This document shows positions 10,301 through 19,444 of a stretch of DNA of 64,000 nucleotides, piece after piece. Source of the DNA: an uncultured Ignavibacterium sp. (lineage in GTDB: Bacteria; Bacteroidota; Ignavibacteria; Ch128b); NCBI GenBank assembly GCA_964454895.1, contig CAYVTW010000010.1:9934-73933 (forward strand). Reading direction: 5' to 3'. The notes below the pieces were generated by a model. It did not search any database. It saw only the letters and a program-made list of their open reading frames with translations, and was not told the origin of the DNA. The translations under genes were made by a program, and so were the position numbers. How positions within the stretch are numbered: position 1 is the stretch's first letter; each line of letters starts with the position of its first letter.

Positions 10301-11307
10301 TTGATCTCACCAATAACAAAAGTTTCTTCGCCAGAATTTTTTAATTCATACCTAACTTTATCAACAACCGATTTCTCAACAATTAGTATCAAACCAATAC
10401 CTAGATTAAAAACCTCCCTCATTTCTTCATCCACGATCTTACCTGTAGCTTGAATTAACTTGAAAATCTCTGGCACATTCCATGAGTTCCAATCAATCTT
10501 GATATTCAAATTTTCGGGAACGATTCTTTTGGTATTTCCAATAATTCCTCCACCTGTAATATGCGATATTCCTTTGATATTGAATTTTTCAAGTAAAGGA
10601 TAAACCGAGCGAAAATATGACTTATGAATTTTTAATAATTCCTCACCTAATGTTAAACCTAATTCTGCAATCATTTCGTCGAGTCTAAATTTCTTTAGCA
10701 GTACTTTTCGTGCAAGTGAGTAACCGTTTGTATGAAGTCCATTCGATTTTAATCCGATTAAGATATCGCCAGCTTTAATACCTTGTCCATCGATTATTTT
10801 TTCTTTCTCGACAATTCCAACGATTGTTCCAGAAATATCATAATCATTTTCAGAATACAAATCGGGCATCTCAGCAGTTTCTCCTCCAATTAAAGCACAA
10901 TGGTTTTCTCTGCAGGCAATAGAAAGACCACGCATTATGGCTTCTGCAGTATCAAGATTTAATTTTCCAAATGCTAGATAATCGAGAAAGAAAAGTGGTT
11001 TAGCACCTGAACAAAGAATATCATTTACGCAATGATTGACTAAATCCTGCCCAATTGTATCGTGCTTATTCATCGTTATTGCAACTTTGAGTTTTGTCCC
11101 AACACCATCAACACTTGAAACTAAAACAGGATTTTTCATTTCCGAAAAATTATTATCGAAAAATGCACCGAAATGTCCGATATCTGTCAAAACTCGTTTT
11201 GCATTTGGATTATCATCTGAATATGTTGAGCGGAGAAGAAGCTTAATTCTTTTAACAAATTCATCCCCTTTTGAGATGCTTACACCGGCTTTTTCGTATT
11301 CTTTCAT
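10297..11307 (-). CDS. purM: Phosphoribosylformylglycinamidine cyclo-ligase (AIR synthetase)
   Basis: Near-colinear match to PurM: ...VSSVDGVGTKLKVA...HDTIGQDLVNHCVNDILCSGAKPLFFLDYLAFGKL...LIGGETAEMPDLY...HITGGG... Confidence 0.9.
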   Translation of the reverse strand: MKEYEKAGVSISKGDEFVKRIKLLLRSTYSDDNPNAKRVLTDIGHFGAFFDNNFSEMKNPVLVSSVDGVGTKLKVAITMNKHDTIGQDLVNHCVNDILCSGAKPLFFLDYLAFGKLNLDTAEAIMRGLSIACRENHCALIGGETAEMPDLYSENDYDISGTIVGIVEKEKIIDGQGIKAGDILIGLKSNGLHTNGYSLARKVLLKKFRLDEMIAELGLTLGEELLKIHKSYFRSVYPLLEKFNIKGISHITGGGIIGNTKRIVPENLNIKIDWNSWNVPEIFKLIQATGKIVDEEMREVFNLGIGLILIVEKSVVDKVRYELKNSGEETFVIGEIK

Positions 11308-11361
11308 AGTTGATACAAATCTATTAAGAAAGGAAGTCGCTTCAAAAAATCATATCTTGAT

Positions 11362-12000
11362 CTAATTTATTAACGGCAAACCTTCATTCATTTCATTAAT
11401 TGAAAAATGATAATTAACCACCACACCTTTATGTTCACCCATTTCATCTACATCACCTTTACCTGATTTTCTCCTAAACCTACGTGAATTATCAATATCG
11501 TTTGAATGAATTCTTTTTAAAACATTCAATTCTTGGTGATAAAATTTTATGCTTTGAAAATTAATTCCTGTTAAGCATGCTCTATTTATTAAACACCACA
11601 CTATATAAATAGGTTTTTGAAGTTTTTCCTTAATCGAATAATATCTTTCTAGATCGCTCAAATTCAAAGTCAAGGTTTCGGAAGGATATAAGTTGGATGC
11701 TGGAATTAATTCGCGAATCTTCATAAATGTTCTTGCTTGAACTTTAATTTCAATTAATGCAACCTCTTCTTTTGAATTTTTCTTTTTTACTATTAAGTCT
11801 GGATAACTATGATCAATTTCATTTCTAATTGCATCGAAAGAAATATTTATCCTTCTAATTAGTTCAATCACAAGATCCTGAATTAGATTTGAGAACAGAA
11901 TGTCATCATCAAATTCATAAACAGCTTTTGAGACAGAGTCACATCGATGCTCACACATCGAACAATCAAAAATATTTTTAGAAAGCTCAACAAAAGGCAT
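11362..12000 (-). CDS. Putative type II restriction endonuclease (PD-(D/E)xK fold) cognate to the adjacent methyltransferase
   Basis: 212 aa, immediately downstream and same strand as the MTase. Contains ...EIDHSYPDLIVKKKNSKEEVALIEIKVQ..., a PD...(E)xK nuclease signature. N-terminal CxxCxxxC cluster. No other recognisable family. Confidence 0.45.
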   Translation of the reverse strand: MPFVELSKNIFDCSMCEHRCDSVSKAVYEFDDDILFSNLIQDLVIELIRRINISFDAIRNEIDHSYPDLIVKKKNSKEEVALIEIKVQARTFMKIRELIPASNLYPSETLTLNLSDLERYYSIKEKLQKPIYIVWCLINRACLTGINFQSIKFYHQELNVLKRIHSNDIDNSRRFRRKSGKGDVDEMGEHKGVVVNYHFSINEMNEGLPLIN

Positions 12001-12064
12001 ATTGGTCTTGTTTATTTATTGAATTAATTAAATAACATTTAATTCTTAGTTAGTTGTCTTGCTA

Positions 12065-13192
12065 TTAAGTTTTATCTTTCTTTAAATCGTCGATGAAAAA
12101 ACAATCCACATTAAAATTTTCTTTGTAATATTTTAGTCTAACCTCGTCGATGCTAATCAGCTTATTTTTTCTTTTCACAAACCAAAATTCCCAACCATTA
12201 TTTCTTTCTCTATTCAAAATGAATGCACTTATCTTGTGAATAGAACCTACAACATCCCTATACTGAATTGAACCATCAGACAAAACTTTTGATTTATGCT
12301 TCAAATCTTTTGAGTAAATTAGTTCGCCCGGTTTTATCAAGCCTTTTTCAACAAGATTTCCGAATGGAATTCTTGCCAGTCTTTTCTCAACTTTATATTC
12401 AATTAAATCTTTATCGAGTGGTTTTATCTTTTTTAATCTTTCAAGAGAAATTTTAACATATGTTTTATCTTTCTCAAAAGCTAAGTATTTTCTTCCAAGT
12501 TTTTTTGCTACAGCTGCAGTAGTTCCGCTTCCAGAAAATGGATCAAAAACAATGTCGCCAGGATTTGTTGTTGAAATAATAATCCGATACAGCAATTCTT
12601 CAGGTTTTTGTGTCGAATGGGCTTTTTTCCCATTTAACTTTACCCTCTCTCCTCCCTGACAAATTGGAATTATCCAATCACTTCTCATCTGTAAGTCATC
12701 GTTAAAAATTTTAAGTGAATGATAATGAAATGTGTATTTTGAATTGCTAGATTTAGTTGCCCAAATCAATGTCTCGTGTGCATTATTAAAACGTGTTCCT
12801 TTAAAATTTGGCATCGGATTGGTTTTGATCCATATAATATCATTTAAAATCCAGAAACCAAGATTTTGCATAATCGTCCCAAGTCTAAAAATGTTATGAT
12901 ATGTCCCAATTACCCAAATGCTTCCCGTATCTTTTAAAATCCTTTTGCATTCACTTAGCCAATTTCTGCTGAATTCGTCATACTCTTCGAACGAACTAAA
13001 TTTATCCCATTCATCATTAACTGCATCCACTTTGGTTTGATTTGGTCTATATAATTCATTATTCAATTGAAGATTGTAAGGGGGATCGGCAAAAATTAAA
13101 TCCACTGAATTATCTGAAATTTCTTTCATTAGCTCGATACAATCACCAGCGTAAATTTTATTTAATTCAAATGGACCTAATTTTTCTGGCAT
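12065..13192 (-). CDS. Beta-class N6-adenine DNA methyltransferase, CcrM/M.HinfI family (GANTC-type specificity inferred)
   Basis: Motif IV DPPYN (…SVDLIFADPPYNLQL…) precedes motif I FDPFSGSGTT, the beta-class order. Long blocks match my recollection of CcrM (…KVDAVNDEWDKF…WVIGTYHNIFRLG…GFWILNDIIWIKTNPMPNFKGTRFNNAHETLIWA…KAHSTQKPEELLYRII…), including the CcrM-type C-terminal DNA-binding extension. Confidence 0.85.
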   Translation of the reverse strand: MPEKLGPFELNKIYAGDCIELMKEISDNSVDLIFADPPYNLQLNNELYRPNQTKVDAVNDEWDKFSSFEEYDEFSRNWLSECKRILKDTGSIWVIGTYHNIFRLGTIMQNLGFWILNDIIWIKTNPMPNFKGTRFNNAHETLIWATKSSNSKYTFHYHSLKIFNDDLQMRSDWIIPICQGGERVKLNGKKAHSTQKPEELLYRIIISTTNPGDIVFDPFSGSGTTAAVAKKLGRKYLAFEKDKTYVKISLERLKKIKPLDKDLIEYKVEKRLARIPFGNLVEKGLIKPGELIYSKDLKHKSKVLSDGSIQYRDVVGSIHKISAFILNRERNNGWEFWFVKRKNKLISIDEVRLKYYKENFNVDCFFIDDLKKDKT

Positions 13193-13722
13193 TTAGTGTA
13201 ATCTCTCCTAAAAATACTTTAAAAATCTATTCATCGATAAACTATTTATAGTGATTTCACTTATCACATAAGATAAATTAAAAAAAGGATTTGTCAGTTA
13301 AAATCTAAGGGAAATAATTATTTTTTTAAAAAAACCTCATTAAGATTTTTTTGTTACACTCATTCTCATTTAATAAAACATTTTGGTAATTAATCAAAAA
13401 TTAAATTATATCGATCAAATTTTCTTCAAATTAATACATACTACTATGAAGTTTGATATGATGTATGAATTAATATGATAATCGGTTCAAGCTGTCTCAT
13501 TTAGGGTAAATGAATTAAGAGTGAAGAAGTAGTTTCATTTCAAACCAATTTCAGTTTTATAGTTTTCAGTTCCGGACTTGGAAGAGGGATAATCTAATAA
13601 TAAGATGGACCAGTTATTAGAATAGCAGAATACTGGATTAGCATAACTGAAAAGTTAAGAAAAGCAAAAAAATCTCAATTTTTATCTTTCTTTTCAAAAT
13701 TTTATATTGCGTAACCTGAGAT

Positions 13723-14181
13723 ATGAGAAAATTCAACATTAGAAGGATACTTGTACCTACAGATTTCAGTACGATTTCTGCCCAAGCTTTTCCGTATGCC
13801 GAAGATATCGCAAGGCAATTTGGTGCAGAAATTCATTTATTACATGTGCTTGAGAAGAATCCACCAATTTTTCTCATTCGAACTTTTGACATATCAAATG
13901 AGACTGCTTTACAAAAAATTGAGGACGATGCAAAAAATTTATTGAATGAATTTAAAAATAAATTCTCGAGCGATATTAATGTGAAAACAGTGCTATTAAG
14001 AGGAAATGATTTTGAAGAGATTGTTGAATATGCTCAAAGCAATCAAATAGATTTAATTGTAATAGCAACTCACGGCAGAACTGGATTATTACATACACTA
14101 ATTGGCAGTGTTGCCGAAAAAGTGATAAGATATTCAAAGATACCTGTGCTTGTGATAACAGCAACTAAAGAAGAAAATTGA
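13723..14181 (+). CDS. Universal stress protein (UspA family)
   Basis: ...ILVPTDFS..S..A...A...A...GAEIHLLHV... and C-terminal ...LIVIATHGRTGL...GSVAEKVIRYSKIPVLVI... Confidence 0.8.
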   Translation: MRKFNIRRILVPTDFSTISAQAFPYAEDIARQFGAEIHLLHVLEKNPPIFLIRTFDISNETALQKIEDDAKNLLNEFKNKFSSDINVKTVLLRGNDFEEIVEYAQSNQIDLIVIATHGRTGLLHTLIGSVAEKVIRYSKIPVLVITATKEEN

Positions 14182-14192
14182 GGTTTTTAAAG

Positions 14193-14582
14193 ATGGCAAG
14201 ATTAAAACATGTAGATGCATTTTGTAGTTACTGTAATAAAATGACAAAGATGGAAATTGTAGGCGAAATAGCCATTGCAGGTGATAGGAGAAAATGGACA
14301 AGATGTAAAACTTGTAAGCATACAATGGCTTTGGATGTAGATTCGAATATCAAATCCTCACAAAACTTAGATCTTTCTGCAATAAAAATTGAAGATTGTA
14401 AAATTTACAATCCAACTCATTCCTACGAAGTTGGTGACTCAATTTATCATAAAGAATGGGATGATGTTGGAAAAGTAACCGGAAAAGAAACTACTTCATC
14501 AGGTATCAAAGCAATTATAGTAGAATTTGAAAAATCTGGGACAAAAAGATTATTAGAACAATTTCAAGTACAACCAAATTAA
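14193..14582 (+). CDS. Zinc-ribbon hypothetical protein (two CxxC pairs)
   Basis: Track ORF begins at a TTG (14178). I prefer the ATG at 14193 with GAGG 9 nt upstream. CSYC...CKTC zinc-ribbon. Function unknown. Sits directly 5' of rpsU. Confidence 0.4.
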   Translation: MARLKHVDAFCSYCNKMTKMEIVGEIAIAGDRRKWTRCKTCKHTMALDVDSNIKSSQNLDLSAIKIEDCKIYNPTHSYEVGDSIYHKEWDDVGKVTGKETTSSGIKAIIVEFEKSGTKRLLEQFQVQPN

Positions 14583-14594
14583 TGGAGGTAATTT

Positions 14595-14795
14595 TTGGTC
14601 GGAATTATAATTGGTGAAAACGAAAGCTTAGATAAGGCACTAAGAAGATTTAAGAAAAAATATGAAAGAGCTGGTATTCTCAAAGAATACAAGAAACGAA
14701 CATTTTATTTGAAGCCTTCAGTTAGAAGAAAAATGAAAAGTGCAAAAGCTATCAGAAGACTTCAAAAACTGATGAAAGAAGGGATGGAAAAATAA
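14595..14795 (+). CDS. rpsU: 30S ribosomal protein S21
   Basis: ...[39 protein letters not shown]... matches S21. TTG start with GGAGG 6 nt upstream. Confidence 0.85.
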   Translation: MVGIIIGENESLDKALRRFKKKYERAGILKEYKKRTFYLKPSVRRKMKSAKAIRRLQKLMKEGMEK

Positions 14796-14818
14796 TTTTT
14801 TCTATTCCAATTTTCTCT

Positions 14819-15619
14819 TCACAAATAATTTTTTGTTAAGAAATTTTTTAACTCATTAAAAGCTTGTTCGGGTGTATCGCAATAAGTAAAGATCTGCGTA
14901 TCTTTTTTATCGATGCACCCATGTTCAATCATCGTTTCAAAATTGATTACTTTCTTCCAATAAGAAGAGCCATATATAATCACTGCCATCTTTTTAGCAA
15001 TTTTACCTGTTTGTATCAAAGTAAGTACTTCCATTAATTCATCCATCGTTCCGAAACCACCTGGGAAAATCACCAAAGCTTTAGCAAGATAAACCAACCA
15101 AAATTTCCTCATAAAGAAATAATGAAATTCAAAACTTAATTCTTCATTCACATATTTATTTACAAATTGTTCAGTCGGTATTGAAATATTAAGACCGATG
15201 GTTTTACCCTTTCCTAACCGAGCACCTCTATTTGCTGCTTCCATTATACCAGGCCCACCACCAGTACATACGACAAATCTTCGACCCTCAGATGGAAGAG
15301 ATAAAGACCATTCAGTTAACATCTTTGAAAGTTGTAATGCATCTTCATAATATTTTGACATTTCGAGTGCAACTTGAGCCTTTCTTAATTGTTCAGGGAA
15401 ATTTTTGACCTTTTTAGGATCAAGTTTTTTGACTTCGTTATACATTTTTTGAGCAGTTTTTCGATCAACTATTCTGGCACTACCGAAGAAAACTATTGTA
15501 TCCTTGACATTTAGTTTTTTAAATCTACTCTGGGGCTCGAGAAATTCAGCCAGAATTCTAATAATTCTTGCATCGGGTGAATTTAAAAAATCTAAATTTT
15601 TATAAGCTTTTATAGGCAT
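14819..15619 (-). CDS. LOG-family / TIGR00730 Rossmann-fold nucleotide-binding protein (nucleotide 5'-monophosphate nucleosidase-like)
   Basis: ...VVCTGGGPGIMEAANRGA... and ...VIFPGGFGTMDELMEVLTLIQTGK... (PGGxGTxxE signature). Confidence 0.75.
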   Translation of the reverse strand: MPIKAYKNLDFLNSPDARIIRILAEFLEPQSRFKKLNVKDTIVFFGSARIVDRKTAQKMYNEVKKLDPKKVKNFPEQLRKAQVALEMSKYYEDALQLSKMLTEWSLSLPSEGRRFVVCTGGGPGIMEAANRGARLGKGKTIGLNISIPTEQFVNKYVNEELSFEFHYFFMRKFWLVYLAKALVIFPGGFGTMDELMEVLTLIQTGKIAKKMAVIIYGSSYWKKVINFETMIEHGCIDKKDTQIFTYCDTPEQAFNELKNFLTKNYL

Positions 15620-15646
15620 AGTAACTCCCGAATAAATTTTTGAGAA

Positions 15647-16351
15647 TCAAATTATGGAACGCCCCCCATCAATTGGAATGGTTATTCCTGTCAAGTAATC
15701 GTTATTTATTATAAAATCGATTGTTTTAATGATATGTTCGATCTTGCCATACTTTTTAAGTGGTATTTTTGAAATGGGCATTTTCTTTTCTTCTGTATTT
15801 TCAATTTCTATATAACCTGGTGCAATTGAGACAATTCTTATTTTTGGTGAGAGTTCAAGCGCTAGTGATCTAGTTAATGCAATTACACCAGCCTTTGAAA
15901 TATAATATAAACTTCTATTTGGCCAAGGTATAATTCCACCTACAGATGCGAAATTTATCACAACTGAATTTTCATTCATCAACTCAGAAAATTTTTGAAT
16001 AAGAAAATAGACAGACTTAAGATTTAAATTCATTACATAATCAAATTCAGCTTCTGATATTTTAGTAAACTCATTTTTATGAAATACTCCAGCACAATTA
16101 ATCAATAAATCCAAGGATGAATAATAGTTTTTAAATTCATTTATCAAAGCTTCGATATCCTCTTTAGTCGTTAAATCACACTTTACACACAATAAATTTT
16201 TATTATTGATAACATTATTGTTACGAATTTGATCAATTCTTTTTATGGATTTATTGAAGGTAGTTATAACTTTATAACCCTCACTTAAAAGATGAAGGAC
16301 AATTCTACTTCCAATTTTCCCCGAACCACCAGTAACTAAGGCTATTTTCAT
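15647..16351 (-). CDS. SDR-family short-chain dehydrogenase/reductase
   Basis: N-terminal TGGSGKIGSRIV Rossmann motif. ...YYISKAGV... catalytic YxxxK. Confidence 0.8.
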   Translation of the reverse strand: MKIALVTGGSGKIGSRIVLHLLSEGYKVITTFNKSIKRIDQIRNNNVINNKNLLCVKCDLTTKEDIEALINEFKNYYSSLDLLINCAGVFHKNEFTKISEAEFDYVMNLNLKSVYFLIQKFSELMNENSVVINFASVGGIIPWPNRSLYYISKAGVIALTRSLALELSPKIRIVSIAPGYIEIENTEEKKMPISKIPLKKYGKIEHIIKTIDFIINNDYLTGITIPIDGGRSII

Positions 16352-16405
16352 TTTAGTTTCAATTTAACAATTACTAATTTTGCACGCAATTAAGTTGGCT
16401 CAATA

Positions 16406-17806
16406 ATGCTATTTATTATTTGTTTTGTTTTATTTCAATTAATATTTCAGAATAATGAAACTATAAACGAAAAAATATTAGAATTATTAGATAAAAACCT
16501 ACCAAGAGGTTCTAAATATTCTTTGACCTGTTATTCAACTAAAAAAAAGGAATTTGTAGTTAAAATTAATTCTAACTTACCTCTAATTCCCGCTTCTACA
16601 AACAAACTTTTCACTTCGGGTATTGCTTTGATGAATCTAGGCCGTGAATTCAATATATATACTGAAATTTATACTTCTGATGTAAATTTAAATGACGGAA
16701 TCTTAAATGGTGATTTGATTTTAAAAGGACATGGAGATCCTACTTTAACAAGCTTTGATTTACAAGCTTTAGTTCAACAATTAAAATCACACAAAGTGCA
16801 AGCTATAACAGGTAATATCATTGTTGACGATACATTTTTCGAAGAAACTTTTTATCGCAATGAATGGATTGAGGATGAGAATATATCCGTTCCTTTACCT
16901 CCAATCTCTGCAATAACAGTGAATTATAATACCGTTTATTTAAAGATCACTGCATCGAACAAAATAAATAAACCGGGGACTATTGTAGCAGAACAAGAAC
17001 TCGACTATTTGAAAATAATTAACAGAACTAAGACAACAAGAACAAAAACACGGTTGTCCTATTCCAGTAAATTCGAAAACGGCTTCGAAGTAATAACAAT
17101 AAGTGGAAATATTCGAAGAAATTCTTCAACTAATATCAAAATTCACATATCAGAGCCTGCATATTACGCTGGCCATCTTCTTAAAGAACAATTGTTAGAA
17201 AATGGTATTAGCTTCTGGGGTGAGATAAGAAAAGGGAAGCTACCAAAAATTTCAAATCTTTTAGCTGCAAAGTCAACTCCTTTGATCGATTTGCTAAAAC
17301 CAATTAATAAAAACAGTAACAATTTTTATAGTGAACATTTATTCTTAATCATTGGTGGTCAATTTGCAAGAGGAAATGGTAGTCCTTTTGATGCTTCTCA
17401 AGCGATAATAACTACTTTGAAAACAGCAGGAATTTATGAAGAAGATTTTATCATGGTAGATGGTTCTGGTATATCAAGACAAAATCAATTCTCCACTGAA
17501 ATGTTAGTAAAATTTTTATATCATATATATCTAAGATCTGATATTTTTACAGAATTTTATAATTCACTTTCCGTTCCTCAATATGATGGAACACTTATCT
17601 ATCGCTTCAATAATTTATTCCTATCAGATCGCTTGCGAGGAAAGACTGGCACTTTAAATGGGGTAACTTCACTTGCTGGTTATGTTTTCTCGAAATCAGG
17701 AGATTTATTAATATTTGCTGTCAATTTTAACTTTTCAAAAGGAAAACAGTATAAATTAAGAGATTTTCAAGATAGATTAATTACATTAATAGCTGAAAAT
17801 TTCTGA
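16406..17806 (+). CDS. dacB: D-alanyl-D-alanine carboxypeptidase/endopeptidase (PBP4, peptidase S13 family)
   Basis: SxxK motif (…PASTNKLFTSGIAL…), ...LKGHGDPTL..., overall PBP4 length and layout. Confidence 0.7.
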   Translation: MLFIICFVLFQLIFQNNETINEKILELLDKNLPRGSKYSLTCYSTKKKEFVVKINSNLPLIPASTNKLFTSGIALMNLGREFNIYTEIYTSDVNLNDGILNGDLILKGHGDPTLTSFDLQALVQQLKSHKVQAITGNIIVDDTFFEETFYRNEWIEDENISVPLPPISAITVNYNTVYLKITASNKINKPGTIVAEQELDYLKIINRTKTTRTKTRLSYSSKFENGFEVITISGNIRRNSSTNIKIHISEPAYYAGHLLKEQLLENGISFWGEIRKGKLPKISNLLAAKSTPLIDLLKPINKNSNNFYSEHLFLIIGGQFARGNGSPFDASQAIITTLKTAGIYEEDFIMVDGSGISRQNQFSTEMLVKFLYHIYLRSDIFTEFYNSLSVPQYDGTLIYRFNNLFLSDRLRGKTGTLNGVTSLAGYVFSKSGDLLIFAVNFNFSKGKQYKLRDFQDRLITLIAENF

Positions 17807-17868
17807 GTTAAACTTTAATTTAATCTAATTGTCAAGGTATAGTAAGAAAAAACAATTGGAGGTTAAAA

Positions 17869-18807
17869 ATGAAAAAATTAATATCAATTATCTCAATTTT
17901 CCTAATTCCTTTTCTGATTTTTAGTTGTAAATCTAATGTCAATGAACCTGATTATCTTGAGGATGCAACTCTTGCTTCATTTATTGAAAATGATGAAACT
18001 ATTAAAAACTTCGAAGAAAACTTTGATGATGGTGATGCAACATCATTTACCATTGGCAAGATCCAGACTGATCTTTACCCAATAAAAGTAGGTAGAAGAA
18101 TTACCAAAGTTGAAAGAAGTTTTGATAAACAAGTTGTTGGTGACTCAGCTAAAGTAACTGTTACGACTAAATTTACAGGCCTTTTAATTATTTCGGGGAA
18201 GTTCACCCCTATTACCCCTGGAGATACTACTTTCAGGCCTGATACAATTGTTGCTAAACCATTTGTTGAGACGATTAAAAGAAATATTACTTTGCTTAGG
18301 ACAAATCCCAAAAATGAAAGAAATCGAGGATGGAAATTACAAGCTATTTCACTACCCGAAGGTTCAACTAATTTAAGAAATATTAGAATCCAAAAAGTAG
18401 AAGCCGTTGTCTCTGGTAGAGATACGCTTATCATTACCTCCCCACTCGACACATACTTCTTCATTGATGATCCAAGAAAAGATTTTCCTGAAAGAAAGAA
18501 GAATGATCAGGTCGTATTGAAAGTTTATTTAACAAGTAATTCACCTAAAGAAGATTTCGTGACAATAACTTATGGCAGAAAAATCGCAGGCCAAACCTAC
18601 AAAGTAAAAAGGAAATTAAACCTCGTATCTTCAATTCAAGTTGGTAATACTTGGGAAAAGATATATCAAGGAAATTGGAATATTTTTGTAGCACATCCAC
18701 TCGGAAAATTCCATTCAGTTATCAATGCAGTCACTAACGAAACAATATTTTCAGTCGAAGGAAGTGTTTCAAGCTCAACCTGGGGAATTCCTTATAAGGT
18801 TAATTAA
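17869..18807 (+). CDS. Hypothetical lipoprotein
   Basis: Signal + lipobox (…LIFSCKSN). No recognisable domain. Confidence 0.4.
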   Translation: MKKLISIISIFLIPFLIFSCKSNVNEPDYLEDATLASFIENDETIKNFEENFDDGDATSFTIGKIQTDLYPIKVGRRITKVERSFDKQVVGDSAKVTVTTKFTGLLIISGKFTPITPGDTTFRPDTIVAKPFVETIKRNITLLRTNPKNERNRGWKLQAISLPEGSTNLRNIRIQKVEAVVSGRDTLIITSPLDTYFFIDDPRKDFPERKKNDQVVLKVYLTSNSPKEDFVTITYGRKIAGQTYKVKRKLNLVSSIQVGNTWEKIYQGNWNIFVAHPLGKFHSVINAVTNETIFSVEGSVSSSTWGIPYKVN

Positions 18808-18827
18808 TCTCATAGAGTAATCAACTT

Positions 18828-18863
18828 AAAAGGCTGTTTCAAGTTATTTGAAACAGCCTTTTA
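18828..18863. terminator. Bidirectional rho-independent terminator between the lipoprotein gene (+) and secG (-)
   Basis: aaaAGGCTGTTTCAAgttatTTGAAACAGCCTtttaattt: a 12-bp perfect stem flanked by A-run upstream and T-run downstream. Confidence 0.7.
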
Positions 18864-18888
18864 ATTTGTAAATAAATAAAAACCTATT

Positions 18889-19227
18889 TTATTTAGTTTG
18901 TTGAGGTTGAGATGGTGGGAGAGTTGGTCTTTGCGGTAATGATTGCATTCCTTTTTTCTGAATAATACTTTCCCTCATTTTTTCTTGTGAGGAGGATGGT
19001 AAAGCTACAAGATTAATAACAATTGCAAGTAACATTAAACTAATTGCAAGAACCCAAGTTGTTTTCATCAAAAAGTCTGCAGTTCTTCTAACACCAAAAA
19101 TAGTTCCCATTTCACCAGGTCCACCAAAAGATCCTGCAAGTCCACCACCTTTACTTGATTGCATTAAAACAACAGCCATCAAAAGTAAAGAAATAAATAC
19201 TGAAAGTATTAATAAGAATGTAAACAT
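18889..19227 (-). CDS. secG: Preprotein translocase subunit SecG
   Basis: Two TM helices flanking ...MQSSKGGGLAGSFGG..., the characteristic SecG Gly-rich loop. P/Q-rich C-terminal tail. Confidence 0.8.
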   Translation of the reverse strand: MFTFLLILSVFISLLLMAVVLMQSSKGGGLAGSFGGPGEMGTIFGVRRTADFLMKTTWVLAISLMLLAIVINLVALPSSSQEKMRESIIQKKGMQSLPQRPTLPPSQPQQTK

Positions 19228-19244
19228 TTTATCTCCTTATTTAG

Positions 19245-19318
19245 TAGCGAGGGAGGGATTCGAACCCCCGACACGTGGATTATGATTCCACTGCTCTAAC
19301 CTACTGAGCTACCTCGCC
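19245..19318 (-). tRNA. tRNA with CAT anticodon (Met; a lysidine-modified tRNA-Ile2 cannot be excluded)
   Basis: Hand-folded: acceptor GGCGAGG/CCTCGCT, D-arm GCTC-AGTAGGTTA-GAGC, anticodon arm GTGGA-ATCATAA-TCCAC (anticodon CAT), T-arm GGGGG-TTCGAAT-CCCTC, discriminator A. 74 nt, CCA not encoded. Lacks the three consecutive G-C pairs in the anticodon stem typical of initiator tRNA. Confidence 0.8.
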
Positions 19319-19444
19319 AATATTTCAAAAAGTCAAATGATCGGTTACAAATATATGAACGAAATTTTACTAAGGCAAAAGATGATTTGATATAGAGGAA
19401 GGGGCTTTACCCCATAGTAAGGTAAAACCCCAGATTATGAGAGA

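Noticed and set aside
12065-13192. Orphan cell-cycle CcrM interpretation of the methyltransferase
   Set aside because: CcrM as a cell-cycle regulator is confined to Alphaproteobacteria. Here a PD-(D/E)xK nuclease candidate lies directly downstream, so an RM role is favoured.
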